In this document: one piece after another, positions 7,879 through 17,064 of the stretch
Layout of the letters: each line of letters starts with the position of its first letter
Numbering within the stretch: position 1 is the first letter of the stretch
NCBI GenBank assembly: GCA_003140855.1
Contig: PLLF01000111.1
Location: 36,411-100,410 of the forward strand
DNA length: 64,000 nt
DNA from: Vulcanimicrobiota bacterium
Lineage (GTDB): Bacteria; Vulcanimicrobiota; Vulcanimicrobiia; Vulcanimicrobiales; Vulcanimicrobiaceae
Direction of reading: 5' to 3'
Notes under the pieces: generated by a model
Seen by the model: the letters and a program-made list of their open reading frames with translations, nothing else
What the model was told of the DNA's origin: nothing
Database searches by the model: none
Program-made: the position numbers and the translations under genes

Positions 7879-9723
7879 ATGCCCTTTCCCGTCACCCTGA
7901 ACGTTCACGGACGCCTGGCAGTGGTCGCCGGCGGCGGTGAAGTAGCTCTCAAGAAGGCCATCGCACTGCACGGTGCCGGCGCGCGCCTGCGCATCGTGGC
8001 ACCCGAAATCGCAACCGGTCTGCGCGAATTGGCGGCGCAGCATGATATCGACCTGCGCGAGCGATCCTACCAAACCGGCGATCTCGACGGAGCTTTCCTG
8101 GCGATTGCAGCGACCTCGGACGACTCCGTGAATGCGGCAATCTGCGCCGACGCCAAGCGAGAGCGCATCCTAGTGTGCGACGCCTCTAAGGGCGAACGCG
8201 GCGATTTTGCGATGCCGGCGACCGTGCAGATCGGCGATCTCACCTTTGCAGTCGATACCGGCGGCGCCGCACCGGCATTTGCAAAGCGGCTTGCCGACGA
8301 ACTTCGCACGCATTTCGACGATTCGTACGCAGCCGCCGTCAAGACGCTCGAACATATGCGCGCGTACGTAAAATCCGAGCTGCCGGCTGAGGAGCGCTCG
8401 GAAACGCTGCGCGCGCTCGCGCAGCTTCCCATCGATCAGCTTGCGACGATGAGCGTCGAAGCCGTCACGTGCGCGACGCGCGGCAGCGCGCTTGCCATGA
8501 TTCAGTCCCGCACGGTTGCGGCTCAGCTGGCGCGGCGTGGAATTGCGACCACATTCTTAAACGTGACGACCACCGGCGATCGCATTCGCGATCGTTCCAT
8601 CGCAGAGATCGGATCCGAGAACTTATTCGTTAAAGAGCTCGAGGTTGCGCTACGCGATGGACGGGCGCGCTACGCCGTTCACTCGTGCAAAGATCTGCCG
8701 AGTACGCTCCCCGAAGACATGCGCATCGCGGCAATCTCCCCGCGCGAAGATCCGCGCGACGTTTTTTGCAGCGAGCATTACGAAAATCTCGCCTCGCTTC
8801 CGCCCGGCGCGCGAGTCGGCACCTCGAGCATTCGCCGCCGCGCGCAGCTGGCCGCGCTGCGCGCAGATTTGCAGTACACCGATTTGCGCGGCAACGTCGA
8901 CACGCGTCTGCGCAAGCTCCGCGACGGCGAGTACGACGCCATCGTCTTGGCGGCGGCCGGGCTGCACCGGCTGCGCGCGCGCGCCACCTATATGCGCCCG
9001 TTTGAAGTCGAGGAAATGGTGCCGGCCGTCGGACAAGGCGCGCTCGCGGTGGAGGTGCGCGCGGACGAAGCACTCGGCCGCGAGATCCGCGAAGCGATCA
9101 ATGACCAGCAAGCCGAGCTCGCGGTGCTGTGCGAACGAGCCGCGTTGCGCGAATTGCGCGGCGGCTGCCAGGCGCCGATCGGCATCCATGCTCGATTCAC
9201 CGGCAGTGTGCTTCACGCGGTGGGAGCGATTGCGGAACCCGCCGGCTCGCACGTCGCGCGCGCCGAGCTCACCCGTGCGGTGAAAACGGCCGCGCAAGCC
9301 GACGCGCTCGGCACGGAGCTGGCGGCCGCTCTTACCGCGCAAAAAATACAGCCCCTGAGCGGAAGAATCGTCGTGCTGCCGCGTACCCAAGAGCGTTCCA
9401 GCCGCATCGCCTCGGCCTTGCGCGCGGACGGCGCGGAGGTGCTCGAGATGCGTTCCGGTGAAGCGGCACCCTCGGGCCTGGGGGATCGGATGCCGGACTT
9501 GATAGTGTTCGCGTCGAGCGGATCTGTCGGCGCAGCCGCCGAGTATTTGGCGCGAGTTCACCAGTTCGAACGGCGGCCGGCGATCGCCGCGATGGGACCG
9601 GCCAGTTCGGCAGCAGCGCACGCAGCCGGCTTCACGCCCGATCTCGTTGCTCCGGAAGCCGCGATCGACTCGCTGATCGGCGCGATCCGCGCGCATCTCA
9701 CCCGCAAGGAGTATTCCAGCTGA
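7879..9723 (+). CDS. hemC: Three-module fusion: SirC-like precorrin-2 dehydrogenase N-domain + porphobilinogen deaminase (HemC) + short HemD-like half domain
   Basis: aa 1-190: VVAGGGEVALKKAIAL Rossmann fold, as in the CysG N-domain / SirC. From the in-frame ATG at 8449: CATRGSALAMIQ...TTGDRIRD...FVKELEVAL...HSCKDLP, which is HemC. The last 120 aa (about 9355-9723) read RIVVLPRTQ...DLIVFASSGSV...AAMGPASSAAA, resembling one lobe of uroporphyrinogen-III synthase. Confidence 0.8.
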   Translation: MPFPVTLNVHGRLAVVAGGGEVALKKAIALHGAGARLRIVAPEIATGLRELAAQHDIDLRERSYQTGDLDGAFLAIAATSDDSVNAAICADAKRERILVCDASKGERGDFAMPATVQIGDLTFAVDTGGAAPAFAKRLADELRTHFDDSYAAAVKTLEHMRAYVKSELPAEERSETLRALAQLPIDQLATMSVEAVTCATRGSALAMIQSRTVAAQLARRGIATTFLNVTTTGDRIRDRSIAEIGSENLFVKELEVALRDGRARYAVHSCKDLPSTLPEDMRIAAISPREDPRDVFCSEHYENLASLPPGARVGTSSIRRRAQLAALRADLQYTDLRGNVDTRLRKLRDGEYDAIVLAAAGLHRLRARATYMRPFEVEEMVPAVGQGALAVEVRADEALGREIREAINDQQAELAVLCERAALRELRGGCQAPIGIHARFTGSVLHAVGAIAEPAGSHVARAELTRAVKTAAQADALGTELAAALTAQKIQPLSGRIVVLPRTQERSSRIASALRADGAEVLEMRSGEAAPSGLGDRMPDLIVFASSGSVGAAAEYLARVHQFERRPAIAAMGPASSAAAHAAGFTPDLVAPEAAIDSLIGAIRAHLTRKEYSS

Positions 9724-9731
9724 AAACAACC

Positions 9732-10709
9732 ATGAAACTGCGGCAAACGATCCGCCCGCGCAGGCTGCGCCGCAGCAGCGCGATGCGAGAGCTCGTGCGC
9801 GAGCATCGGATCGATCCGGCCCAACTCGTTCAACCGCTCTTCGTCGTCGAAAATCCGAAAGATGCCGGACCTATTGCGTCCATGCCGGGCATCGAGCGTT
9901 TTACGCTGCAAGGCGCCGTGCACGAGGCGCGGACACTCGACGCCTTGGGTTTGGGCGCAGTTCTGCTTTTCGGAATTCCGGAGACCAAGGATGCCGCCGC
10001 GACCAAGAATTACGATCCCGCGGGCATCGTGCAGCAGACCGCGCGCGAGATAAAAAACGCGCTGCCGCACATGGTGGTGATCGCCGATCTTTGCAACTGC
10101 GAGTATACGGATCACGGACATTGTGGAATTCTCAACGAGCTCGGCGACGTGGACAACGATTCCACCGTTGAAGTGCTGACGCGCACCGCGCTCACGTACG
10201 CGCGTTCCGGCGTCGACGTCGTGGCGCCTTCGGACATGATGGACGGCCGCGTACGCGCAATTCGCGAGGCGCTCGACGCGGAGGATTTTGAAGAGACGGC
10301 GATCATGTCGTACAGCGCAAAATATGCGTCCGCGTTTTACGGCCCATTCCGCGAGGCGGCGGGTTCGACGCCGCAATTCGGCGACCGCCGCACGTACCAG
10401 ATGGATCCGTCCAACGGCCGGGAAGCGCTGCGCGAAATGGCGCTCGACGCCCAGGAAGGCGCGGACATATTGATGGTCAAGCCGGCCCTTGCATATTTGG
10501 ACATCGTGCGCGCCGCCCGCGACCGTTTCGATCTGCCGATCGCGCTGTACAACGTCAGCGGCGAATACTCGATGATCAAGGCTGCGGCAATCAACGGCTG
10601 GATAGACGAAGAGCGCGCGGTGCACGAAATGCTGGTGAGCTTCGCCCGAGCGGGCGCGAACATCGTGATTACGTATTTTGCCAAAGAGTATGCAGCCCGC
10701 AGCCGCTAA
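9732..10709 (+). CDS. hemB: Porphobilinogen synthase (5-aminolevulinate dehydratase)
   Basis: 325 aa with an N-terminal RPRRLRRSSAMRELVRE motif, a Cys-rich metal site DLCNCEYTDHGHCG, and active-site Lys regions. Confidence 0.95.
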   Translation: MKLRQTIRPRRLRRSSAMRELVREHRIDPAQLVQPLFVVENPKDAGPIASMPGIERFTLQGAVHEARTLDALGLGAVLLFGIPETKDAAATKNYDPAGIVQQTAREIKNALPHMVVIADLCNCEYTDHGHCGILNELGDVDNDSTVEVLTRTALTYARSGVDVVAPSDMMDGRVRAIREALDAEDFEETAIMSYSAKYASAFYGPFREAAGSTPQFGDRRTYQMDPSNGREALREMALDAQEGADILMVKPALAYLDIVRAARDRFDLPIALYNVSGEYSMIKAAAINGWIDEERAVHEMLVSFARAGANIVITYFAKEYAARSR

Positions 10710-11280
10710 GCAGGACGCCGTCGTTATTCTAGCGGGCGGAGAATCTACGCGTTTTCCCGGCAAGCTCGAGAGCGACGCGGGCGGAATGCCTTTGCTGCTG
10801 CGCGTCTACCGCAACGTGCGTTCGATCGGGCCAACCTACGTTTCGGCGAATGCCGCGTTTAGCGAAAACCTCGCGCGCGAACTCGACTGCACGATCGTGC
10901 GCGATAGCCGACCGGGACGCGGACCGCTCGGCGGGCTCGTCTCTACCTTTGAAAGCGTTTCGCAGGAGCGATGCTTTGTCGTCGCCGGGGATGCTCCGTT
11001 CGTGGACGCGAGCGTGTACCAGCGCCTGCTCGAGGCGTGGACCGAAGATTTGGCAGCGGTCGTCGCCGAACGCGGCGGCCGGCTGGAGCCTTTGTGCGCG
11101 CTCTATGACCGCGGCGCGTTCCTGGGCGAAGCCCGGCGCGAGCTTGCGGAAGCGTCGGGAGCCGTGCGGGCCGTTGTCGAAAGTTTGCGCCACCGGCGGG
11201 TTCGTTTTTCCGACGAACGCGTACTCGGCGGCATTAATACCGCGGCGGATCGCGACGCACTGTTAGGACTTCATCTTTGA
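10678..11280 (+). CDS. MobA-like nucleotidyltransferase (NTP_transf_3 type)
   Basis: N-terminal VVILAGGESTRFPGK nucleotide-binding motif and a GDAPF motif. It overlaps the hemB end (32 nt, or 20 nt from ATG 10690) and the hemL start (TTGA). Confidence 0.6.
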   Translation: MPKSMQPAAAKQDAVVILAGGESTRFPGKLESDAGGMPLLLRVYRNVRSIGPTYVSANAAFSENLARELDCTIVRDSRPGRGPLGGLVSTFESVSQERCFVVAGDAPFVDASVYQRLLEAWTEDLAAVVAERGGRLEPLCALYDRGAFLGEARRELAEASGAVRAVVESLRHRRVRFSDERVLGGINTAADRDALLGLHL

Positions 11281-12581
11281 GATTAGAACGCTCGATTTCG
11301 GCGTTTGCGCGCGCGCGAGAGATCATTGCCGGCGGCGTCAATTCACCCGTGCGCGCGTTTCGCGCAGTCGGCGGGTCACCCGTATTCATGCAGCGCGGAT
11401 CGGGTCCATTTCTTTACGATCTGGACGGCCACGAATACGTCGATTACGTTCTCTCCTGGGGCGCGCTGCTGCTAGGACATGCCTACCCGCCGGTCGTCAA
11501 AGCGATCGTGCAAGCCGCCGGCCGCGGGACGTCATTCGGTACGCCCACCGAAGCGGAATCCGAGCTCGGCGAACTGATCGCAAGCATGATGCCGTCGATC
11601 GAGCGCATCCGGTTTACGTCGAGCGGAACCGAGGCGACGATGAGCGCGATCAGACTCGCCCGCGGATACACCGGCCGCGATGCGATTGTGAAATTCGCCG
11701 GATGCTATCACGGCCACGCCGATGCATTTCTCATCGCAGCCGGCAGCGGTGCGCTTACGAACGGCATTCCAAATTCACCGGGCGTAACCGCGGGCATCGC
11801 GCGCGACACGATCGTGGTGCCTTTCAATGATGCAGCTGCGGTGTTGGTTGCATTTGAGGAACACGCCGCGCGGATCGCGGCCGTCGTCGTCGAGCCGTAT
11901 GCCGGCAACATGGGGTTCGTACCGCCCGCCCCCGGCTTTTTGCGCGCGCTGCGCGATCGCTGCGATGCGAACGGTTCGCTGCTGATCTTCGATGAGGTCA
12001 TGACGGGTTTTCGCGTCGCACGCGGCGGCGCGCAGCAGCGCACCGGCATCGTTCCCGATCTGACCACGCTGGGCAAAGTGATCGGCGGAGGCCTTCCGAT
12101 CGGGGCCTTCGGCGGCCGCGCGGATATCATGGCCGAGCTCGCGCCCGACGGCGCGGTTTACCAAGCCGGAACGCTCTCGGGCAATCCGCTCGCGATGGCG
12201 GCCGGCATCGCGGCCCTGCGCCCGATCGCGGCCGATCCGACGCTTTATGAACGGCTCGAGGTGTTGGCGAAACTGCTGTGCGACGGACTGGCCGAGGTTT
12301 TCGCCAAGCACGGCATCGCACAGTCGAGCACCTATGCCGGATCGATGCTCTGCACGTTTTTCAACTCTGAAGAAGTTCGCGATCTCGATGGTGCGCTGCG
12401 CTCGGACACCGCGGCGTACGCCAAATACTTTCACGCGATGCTCGATCGCGGCGTGTACTTGGCGCCTTCGCAGTTTGAGTCGATGTTCGTGTCGGCGGCA
12501 CACACGACGCGCGAAATCGAACGCACCATCGCGGCTGCGGACGAATCGCTGGCACAACTCGTAGCGGTGGCGGCACGATGA
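11277..12581 (+). CDS. hemL: Glutamate-1-semialdehyde 2,1-aminomutase
   Basis: 434-aa class-III aminotransferase with GGVNSPVRAF and a PLP-Lys region LTTLGKVIGGGLP. TTG start at 11277. Confidence 0.95.
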   Translation: MRLERSISAFARAREIIAGGVNSPVRAFRAVGGSPVFMQRGSGPFLYDLDGHEYVDYVLSWGALLLGHAYPPVVKAIVQAAGRGTSFGTPTEAESELGELIASMMPSIERIRFTSSGTEATMSAIRLARGYTGRDAIVKFAGCYHGHADAFLIAAGSGALTNGIPNSPGVTAGIARDTIVVPFNDAAAVLVAFEEHAARIAAVVVEPYAGNMGFVPPAPGFLRALRDRCDANGSLLIFDEVMTGFRVARGGAQQRTGIVPDLTTLGKVIGGGLPIGAFGGRADIMAELAPDGAVYQAGTLSGNPLAMAAGIAALRPIAADPTLYERLEVLAKLLCDGLAEVFAKHGIAQSSTYAGSMLCTFFNSEEVRDLDGALRSDTAAYAKYFHAMLDRGVYLAPSQFESMFVSAAHTTREIERTIAAADESLAQLVAVAAR

Positions 12582-13261
12582 TCGAGCGGGCCGCGGCCGT
12601 TCTCAAACCGGGCGCGATTCGCCTGGCGCAAAGCGAGGTCGCGATCCCGCGGCTCTTCGCATATCACCGGGCGCTCGCCCAAGCCGCTGCTGCGGGCAAA
12701 AACGTAATCACGTCGATCGGCTTGGCTGACTTGCTCGGGCATACGATCTCGTCGACACAGATTCGCAAAGATCTCTCGGCCCTCGGGCCGCTGGGGCGCC
12801 GGGGCCACGGCTATGCGATAAAACCATTGGTCGATCAGCTGGCGCTTGTCTTAGGATTGGAACGGGATTGGCGCATTGCGATCGCCGGCTTCGGCTTTCT
12901 GGGGCATGCATTCGCCACATTCTTGGCCGCGCGAGAAGAACGGTTCAAGGTGGCCGCGATATTCGACAACTCGCCCGCGGTGATCGGGCAAGAGTGGCAA
13001 GGAGTTTGCGTGGAGGATGTAGCCGCTTTAGAAAGTGCGCTGGTGCGCGTGAACGCAAACATCGGCGTTATCGCCGTGCCTGCCGAAGCTGCGCAATCGA
13101 TCGCCGACCGCCTCGCGGAAAGCGGCGTCGGCGCGCTGCTTAATTTCGCTCCGGTTTCTTTGCGCATGCGCCGCCCGGTCATCATCCGCAACATCGATCT
13201 GGCCGGCGAGATGTCGATTCTCACCCACCGTTTGAGCTTCGCCGAAGGGTATACGAGCTAA
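12578..13261 (+). CDS. rex: Redox-sensing transcriptional repressor Rex
   Basis: Winged-helix N-terminus (IPRLFAYHRAL...SSTQIRKDLSALG..GRRGHGY) plus a Rossmann domain (IAIAGFGFLGHAF). ATGA overlap with the hemL stop. Confidence 0.85.
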   Translation: MIERAAAVLKPGAIRLAQSEVAIPRLFAYHRALAQAAAAGKNVITSIGLADLLGHTISSTQIRKDLSALGPLGRRGHGYAIKPLVDQLALVLGLERDWRIAIAGFGFLGHAFATFLAAREERFKVAAIFDNSPAVIGQEWQGVCVEDVAALESALVRVNANIGVIAVPAEAAQSIADRLAESGVGALLNFAPVSLRMRRPVIIRNIDLAGEMSILTHRLSFAEGYTS

Positions 13262-13264
13262 CTC

Positions 13265-14551
13265 ATGCCACTGGTTTGTCTCGGTCTCTCCCACCACACC
13301 GCACCCGTCGAAGTGCGCGAGCGGCACGTATTCCCCGTCGCGCGCATGGGCGAAGCGCTCGTGGCGCTGCGCGATTACGAAGCCGTGCACGAAGCGCTGA
13401 TGCTGCAAACGTGCGGGCGGCTCGAAATTTATGCCGAGCTCGCCGACTACGAAACCGGCGTCGCGCAGCTCAAAGCTTTTCTCCAGCATTTCCGGCACAC
13501 GACCGTGGAGTACGATCTCGAATCGTATTTGTATACGCTGCTGGGGCGTGAGGCGGTCGACCATCTGTTCCGTGTGAGCACCGGGCTGGATTCGATGCTG
13601 ATCGGCGAGGCGGAGATTCTCGGCCAAGTCAAAGAGGCGTACGCCGCCGGGCGCGACGCGGAGTCGGTCGGCGAGATCTTGCACAAACTCCTTCGCGAAG
13701 CGATGAGCGCCGGAAAAGCGGCGCGTTCTCAAACGCGGATCGGCGAAGAGTCGCCGTCGGTTGCAACCGCTGCGATCGAGCTCGCAAAAAGACGTTTTGG
13801 TTCGCTCGAAGGACGCAACGTGCTGGTCATCGGCGCGGGAAAGATGGGCAGCGCCGCCGCCAAACGTTTCCGCAGCGAAGGAGCTCACAACGTCGGCATT
13901 CTGAGCCGGACGCTCGAGCGCACGCGTGAAGTGGTCGCACAGATTGGCGCGGGCGAAGCGCTAGAACCCGGCGAGCTCGTCGCGGCGCTGGCGGTGGCGG
14001 ACATCGTCATTACCTCAACCGGCGCGACGCATTTCGTGCTGATGCCCGAAACCGTCGCCGCGGCAACGGCGCAGCGGGCGGACCGGCCGCTCTTCATCAT
14101 CGATATCGCCGTGCCGCGCGACGCGCACCCGGCGATAGCCGAACTGCCCGGCGTAACGCTCGTAGATATCGACGGCCTCAAGTCGCACGTCGACGAAAAA
14201 CTCGAAGTGCGCCACGAAGCGATTCCGCAGGTCGAAGAGATCGTGGCCGAATACGCACACCGCTTCCAACAGTGGTACAAAGCGCGCGCGACGGTTCCCG
14301 TGATCGCTTCGCTGACGCAAAAGGCCGAGAACGTCAGGGCGGCGGAACTCGATCGCCTCTTTGCGCGCTGTCCGGAGTTGAGCGAACGCGAAAAGATGCT
14401 GATCACCGGAGCGTCGCTGACCATCATCTCGAAACTTCTGCACACCGTCGTCACGAAGTTGCGCGAGAAAACTGCGGGCGACGGCTCCGAAGCGATCACG
14501 CCGGCGCGATTGCTCCAGGAGCTTTTCGAACTCGACGTTGCCGACCGGTAA
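13265..14551 (+). CDS. hemA: Glutamyl-tRNA reductase
   Basis: 428 aa: LGLSHHTAPVEVRE, catalytic Cys (LQTCGRLEIY), and an NADPH site VIGAGKMG. Confidence 0.95.
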   Translation: MPLVCLGLSHHTAPVEVRERHVFPVARMGEALVALRDYEAVHEALMLQTCGRLEIYAELADYETGVAQLKAFLQHFRHTTVEYDLESYLYTLLGREAVDHLFRVSTGLDSMLIGEAEILGQVKEAYAAGRDAESVGEILHKLLREAMSAGKAARSQTRIGEESPSVATAAIELAKRRFGSLEGRNVLVIGAGKMGSAAAKRFRSEGAHNVGILSRTLERTREVVAQIGAGEALEPGELVAALAVADIVITSTGATHFVLMPETVAAATAQRADRPLFIIDIAVPRDAHPAIAELPGVTLVDIDGLKSHVDEKLEVRHEAIPQVEEIVAEYAHRFQQWYKARATVPVIASLTQKAENVRAAELDRLFARCPELSEREKMLITGASLTIISKLLHTVVTKLREKTAGDGSEAITPARLLQELFELDVADR

Positions 14552-16052
14552 GGTCTTCCTGGTCGGTGCGGGCCCCGGCGACCCGGGATTGCTGACCCTG
14601 CGCGCGCGGGACGTGCTGCGCGAAGCCGACATTTTGCTCTACGACGCCCTTGCCGCCGACGCGATCGTAGCGCTCGCACCGGCTTCGTGCGAACGCATCT
14701 TCGTCGGCAAACGCGGCGGCGGCGCCGCCGTACCGCAAGAAGAAACCGAAAATCTCATGATTCTCAAAGCTCGCGCCGGCAAGCGCGTGGTGCGCCTGAA
14801 GGGCGGCGATCCGTTTCTGTTCGGCCGCGGCGGCGAGGAAGCGCAGGCGCTGCATGCGGCGGGGGTAGATTTCGAAATCGTTCCCGGCATCAGCTCGGCT
14901 TTGGCGGCTCCGGCGTACGCCGGTATTCCGGTGACGCATCGCGATCACAACACGGTGCTGACGATCGTTTCCGGACACGAAGATCCCGCGAAGGATCGTT
15001 CGGCGATCGACTGGGAGCGCTTGAGCGATCCGCATCAAACGCTGATCCTTCTCATGGCAATGAGCAATTTGCGCGACATCACGCAGCGGCTCGTGCGAAG
15101 CGGTTTACCAGCGACGCAGCCGGCTGCCGTTATCTCCGACGGAACGCGGCCTTCGCAGCGTACGGTCACGGGAACGCTCGCGAGCATTGCAGACGACGCG
15201 GAACGCGCAGGTTTGAGCGCGCCGGCTGTCGTGGTCATCGGTACGGTCGTTGCTTTGCGCGAACAGATCGCGTGGTTCGAAAAATCTCCGCTCTTTGGTA
15301 AGCGCGTGCTGGTGACGCGGCCCGAGGATCGGCAGGACGAGTTCGCGCGCGAACTGCTGCGTGCGGGCGCCGAGCCTATTCTCGCGCCTACCATCGCGAT
15401 TACACCGCCCGATGAACCGCGCGCCGCCGAACAAGCCACCCACGATCCCGGGCGATACAGCTGGGTCGTCTTTACGAGCGTCAACGGCGTGCGCGTCTTT
15501 TTCGAGCATCTCGATGCGCGCCGCGACGACGCGCGCGTCTTTGGAAAGGCGAAGATCGCCGCGATCGGGCTGAAGACGTCGCAAGCGCTGCTCAGGCGAA
15601 ACGTCTATGCCGACGCGATTCCGCACCGTTATATTGCCGAAGATCTCGCGGACTTGCTGATCGCTTCATCGCGTGAGGGCGACGCGATGCTGATCTATCG
15701 CGCCGCCGAAGCGCGCGACGTGCTCCCGGAACGCCTCAACGCTGCCGGCCGGCCCGCGACCGTCGTGGCCGCGTACAAAACGGTTTTCACGGCCGATCCG
15801 CTTTTCGCCGAACGCGTAGGACGCAGCGACATCGTCACGTTCACGAGCGCGAGCACCGTCAACGGTTTCATTCACAACCTCGGCGGAGCCGAAGCCGCGC
15901 GCGCCGCGTGCGCAAAGAAAACCGTCGCTTGTATCGGGCCGGTAACCGCGCAGGCGGCAAGCGATGCGGGCTTGCCGGTGCACGTCGTCGCGCAAGAGTA
16001 CACCGTCGAAGGACTCATCGAAGCCCTGCAGTCGGAAACGGCCACATCGTAG
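14538..16052 (+). CDS. cobA: Uroporphyrinogen-III C-methyltransferase fused to full-length uroporphyrinogen-III synthase
   Basis: The N-terminal half has VFLVGAGPGDPGLLTLRA (the SUMT fold). The C-terminal half has RVLVTRPEDRQ...VVFTSVNGV...VTFTSASTV, i.e. both HemD lobes. TTG start at 14538. Confidence 0.9.
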   Translation: MPTGKVFLVGAGPGDPGLLTLRARDVLREADILLYDALAADAIVALAPASCERIFVGKRGGGAAVPQEETENLMILKARAGKRVVRLKGGDPFLFGRGGEEAQALHAAGVDFEIVPGISSALAAPAYAGIPVTHRDHNTVLTIVSGHEDPAKDRSAIDWERLSDPHQTLILLMAMSNLRDITQRLVRSGLPATQPAAVISDGTRPSQRTVTGTLASIADDAERAGLSAPAVVVIGTVVALREQIAWFEKSPLFGKRVLVTRPEDRQDEFARELLRAGAEPILAPTIAITPPDEPRAAEQATHDPGRYSWVVFTSVNGVRVFFEHLDARRDDARVFGKAKIAAIGLKTSQALLRRNVYADAIPHRYIAEDLADLLIASSREGDAMLIYRAAEARDVLPERLNAAGRPATVVAAYKTVFTADPLFAERVGRSDIVTFTSASTVNGFIHNLGGAEAARAACAKKTVACIGPVTAQAASDAGLPVHVVAQEYTVEGLIEALQSETATS

Positions 16053-16792
16053 CTCGGGTTTGGGCAGCGATCGGGCTTACGCGCGACGGCGCCGTAGCGG
16101 CTGCGATCGTAGGCGCAGCCGTTCTTGCAACGGGCGGATGGGCATTTGTCGCTGCACTGTTTGCGTTCTTTCTTCCCGCCGTCGCGTTATCTCGCGCCGG
16201 GCGGCGCCGCAAATTAGCGCTAGCCGATACAGACAAGCGGCAGGCGCGCAATGCGCGGCAAGTGTTCGCTAACGGCGGCGTCGCGGCGGCGTGCGCAATT
16301 GCTTACGGCTTCACACATTCGCCGGTGCTGGCGGCAGCTTTCGCCGGCGCATTTGCCGCAGCTGCGGCCGACACGTGGGGAACCGAAATCGGCACGCTCG
16401 CGCGCAGTGCGCCGCGTTCGATCGTCGGCTTGCGAAGGATTCCAACCAGACTTTCGGGCGGCGTCACGCTTAACGGTACGCTTGCGGAGATCGCGGGAGC
16501 GCTCGTCGTAGGATTCACCGCGTGGGCGGCCGGCATTGCGCCATGGTGGATTATCGGCGCGGCCGGATTCGCGGGAGCGCTCGTCGACTCGCTGGCGGGC
16601 GCGACGGTGCAGGCGCTGCACTACTGCAGCCGTTGCGATCGTCTATGCGAAACCGATCCGCACGTTTGCGGCAGCTCGGCAAACCTGATCCGCGGAGTAC
16701 GCGCAATCAACAACGATGCGGTTAACGCCTTGGCTACGCTTGCCGGCGCCACCGCTGCGGGATCTTTGGCGTTCTATTTTACAGCTTTTTGA
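15908..16792 (+). CDS. DUF92/TMEM19-like integral membrane protein (start codon unresolved)
   Basis: Polytopic Ala/Gly-rich membrane protein with QVFANGGVAA and ADTWGTEIG motifs and a Cys-rich tail (HYCSRCDRLCETDPHVC). The only canonical in-frame start is ATG 15908, 145 nt inside cobA-hemD. The hydrophobic body begins near 16049. Confidence 0.55.
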   Translation: MRKENRRLYRAGNRAGGKRCGLAGARRRARVHRRRTHRSPAVGNGHIVARVWAAIGLTRDGAVAAAIVGAAVLATGGWAFVAALFAFFLPAVALSRAGRRRKLALADTDKRQARNARQVFANGGVAAACAIAYGFTHSPVLAAAFAGAFAAAAADTWGTEIGTLARSAPRSIVGLRRIPTRLSGGVTLNGTLAEIAGALVVGFTAWAAGIAPWWIIGAAGFAGALVDSLAGATVQALHYCSRCDRLCETDPHVCGSSANLIRGVRAINNDAVNALATLAGATAAGSLAFYFTAF

Positions 16793-17043
16793 CCGTACGT
16801 TGTTTCGAGGTAAGGAATGATATCGTCGTCATCGGTGAGCACCACGTCGCCGTCTACCATGACGGGAATGCTCGTTTGGCCGGAAACTTCACGGACGATC
16901 GTGCGTTCCGCGTGCGGAGCCGGCACGTCGACTTTTTTGTAGTCGAGCTGGAGCTCTGAAAGCTTCGCGCGCACGCGCGCGCAGTAGCCGCACCAGTCGG
17001 CTTGGTAGAGGATGATATTCGTCGGCCTCAAGCGTAGTCTCAC
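16774..17043 (-). CDS. Glutaredoxin-like / NrdH-like thioredoxin-fold protein
   Basis: 89 aa with a CGYC redox motif after the first beta strand (IILYQADWCGYCARV) and a downstream IPVMV motif. Confidence 0.7.
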   Translation of the reverse strand: MRLRLRPTNIILYQADWCGYCARVRAKLSELQLDYKKVDVPAPHAERTIVREVSGQTSIPVMVDGDVVLTDDDDIIPYLETTYGQKAVK

Positions 17044-17064
17044 TATCCGTAGCGTAAGGAGCGT

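Noticed and set aside
11681-11697. TTGTGAAATTCGCC, a possible Rex operator half-site
   Set aside because: Only one half-site is present, it lies inside the hemL coding sequence, and there is no inverted partner (TTCACAA) at the expected spacing.
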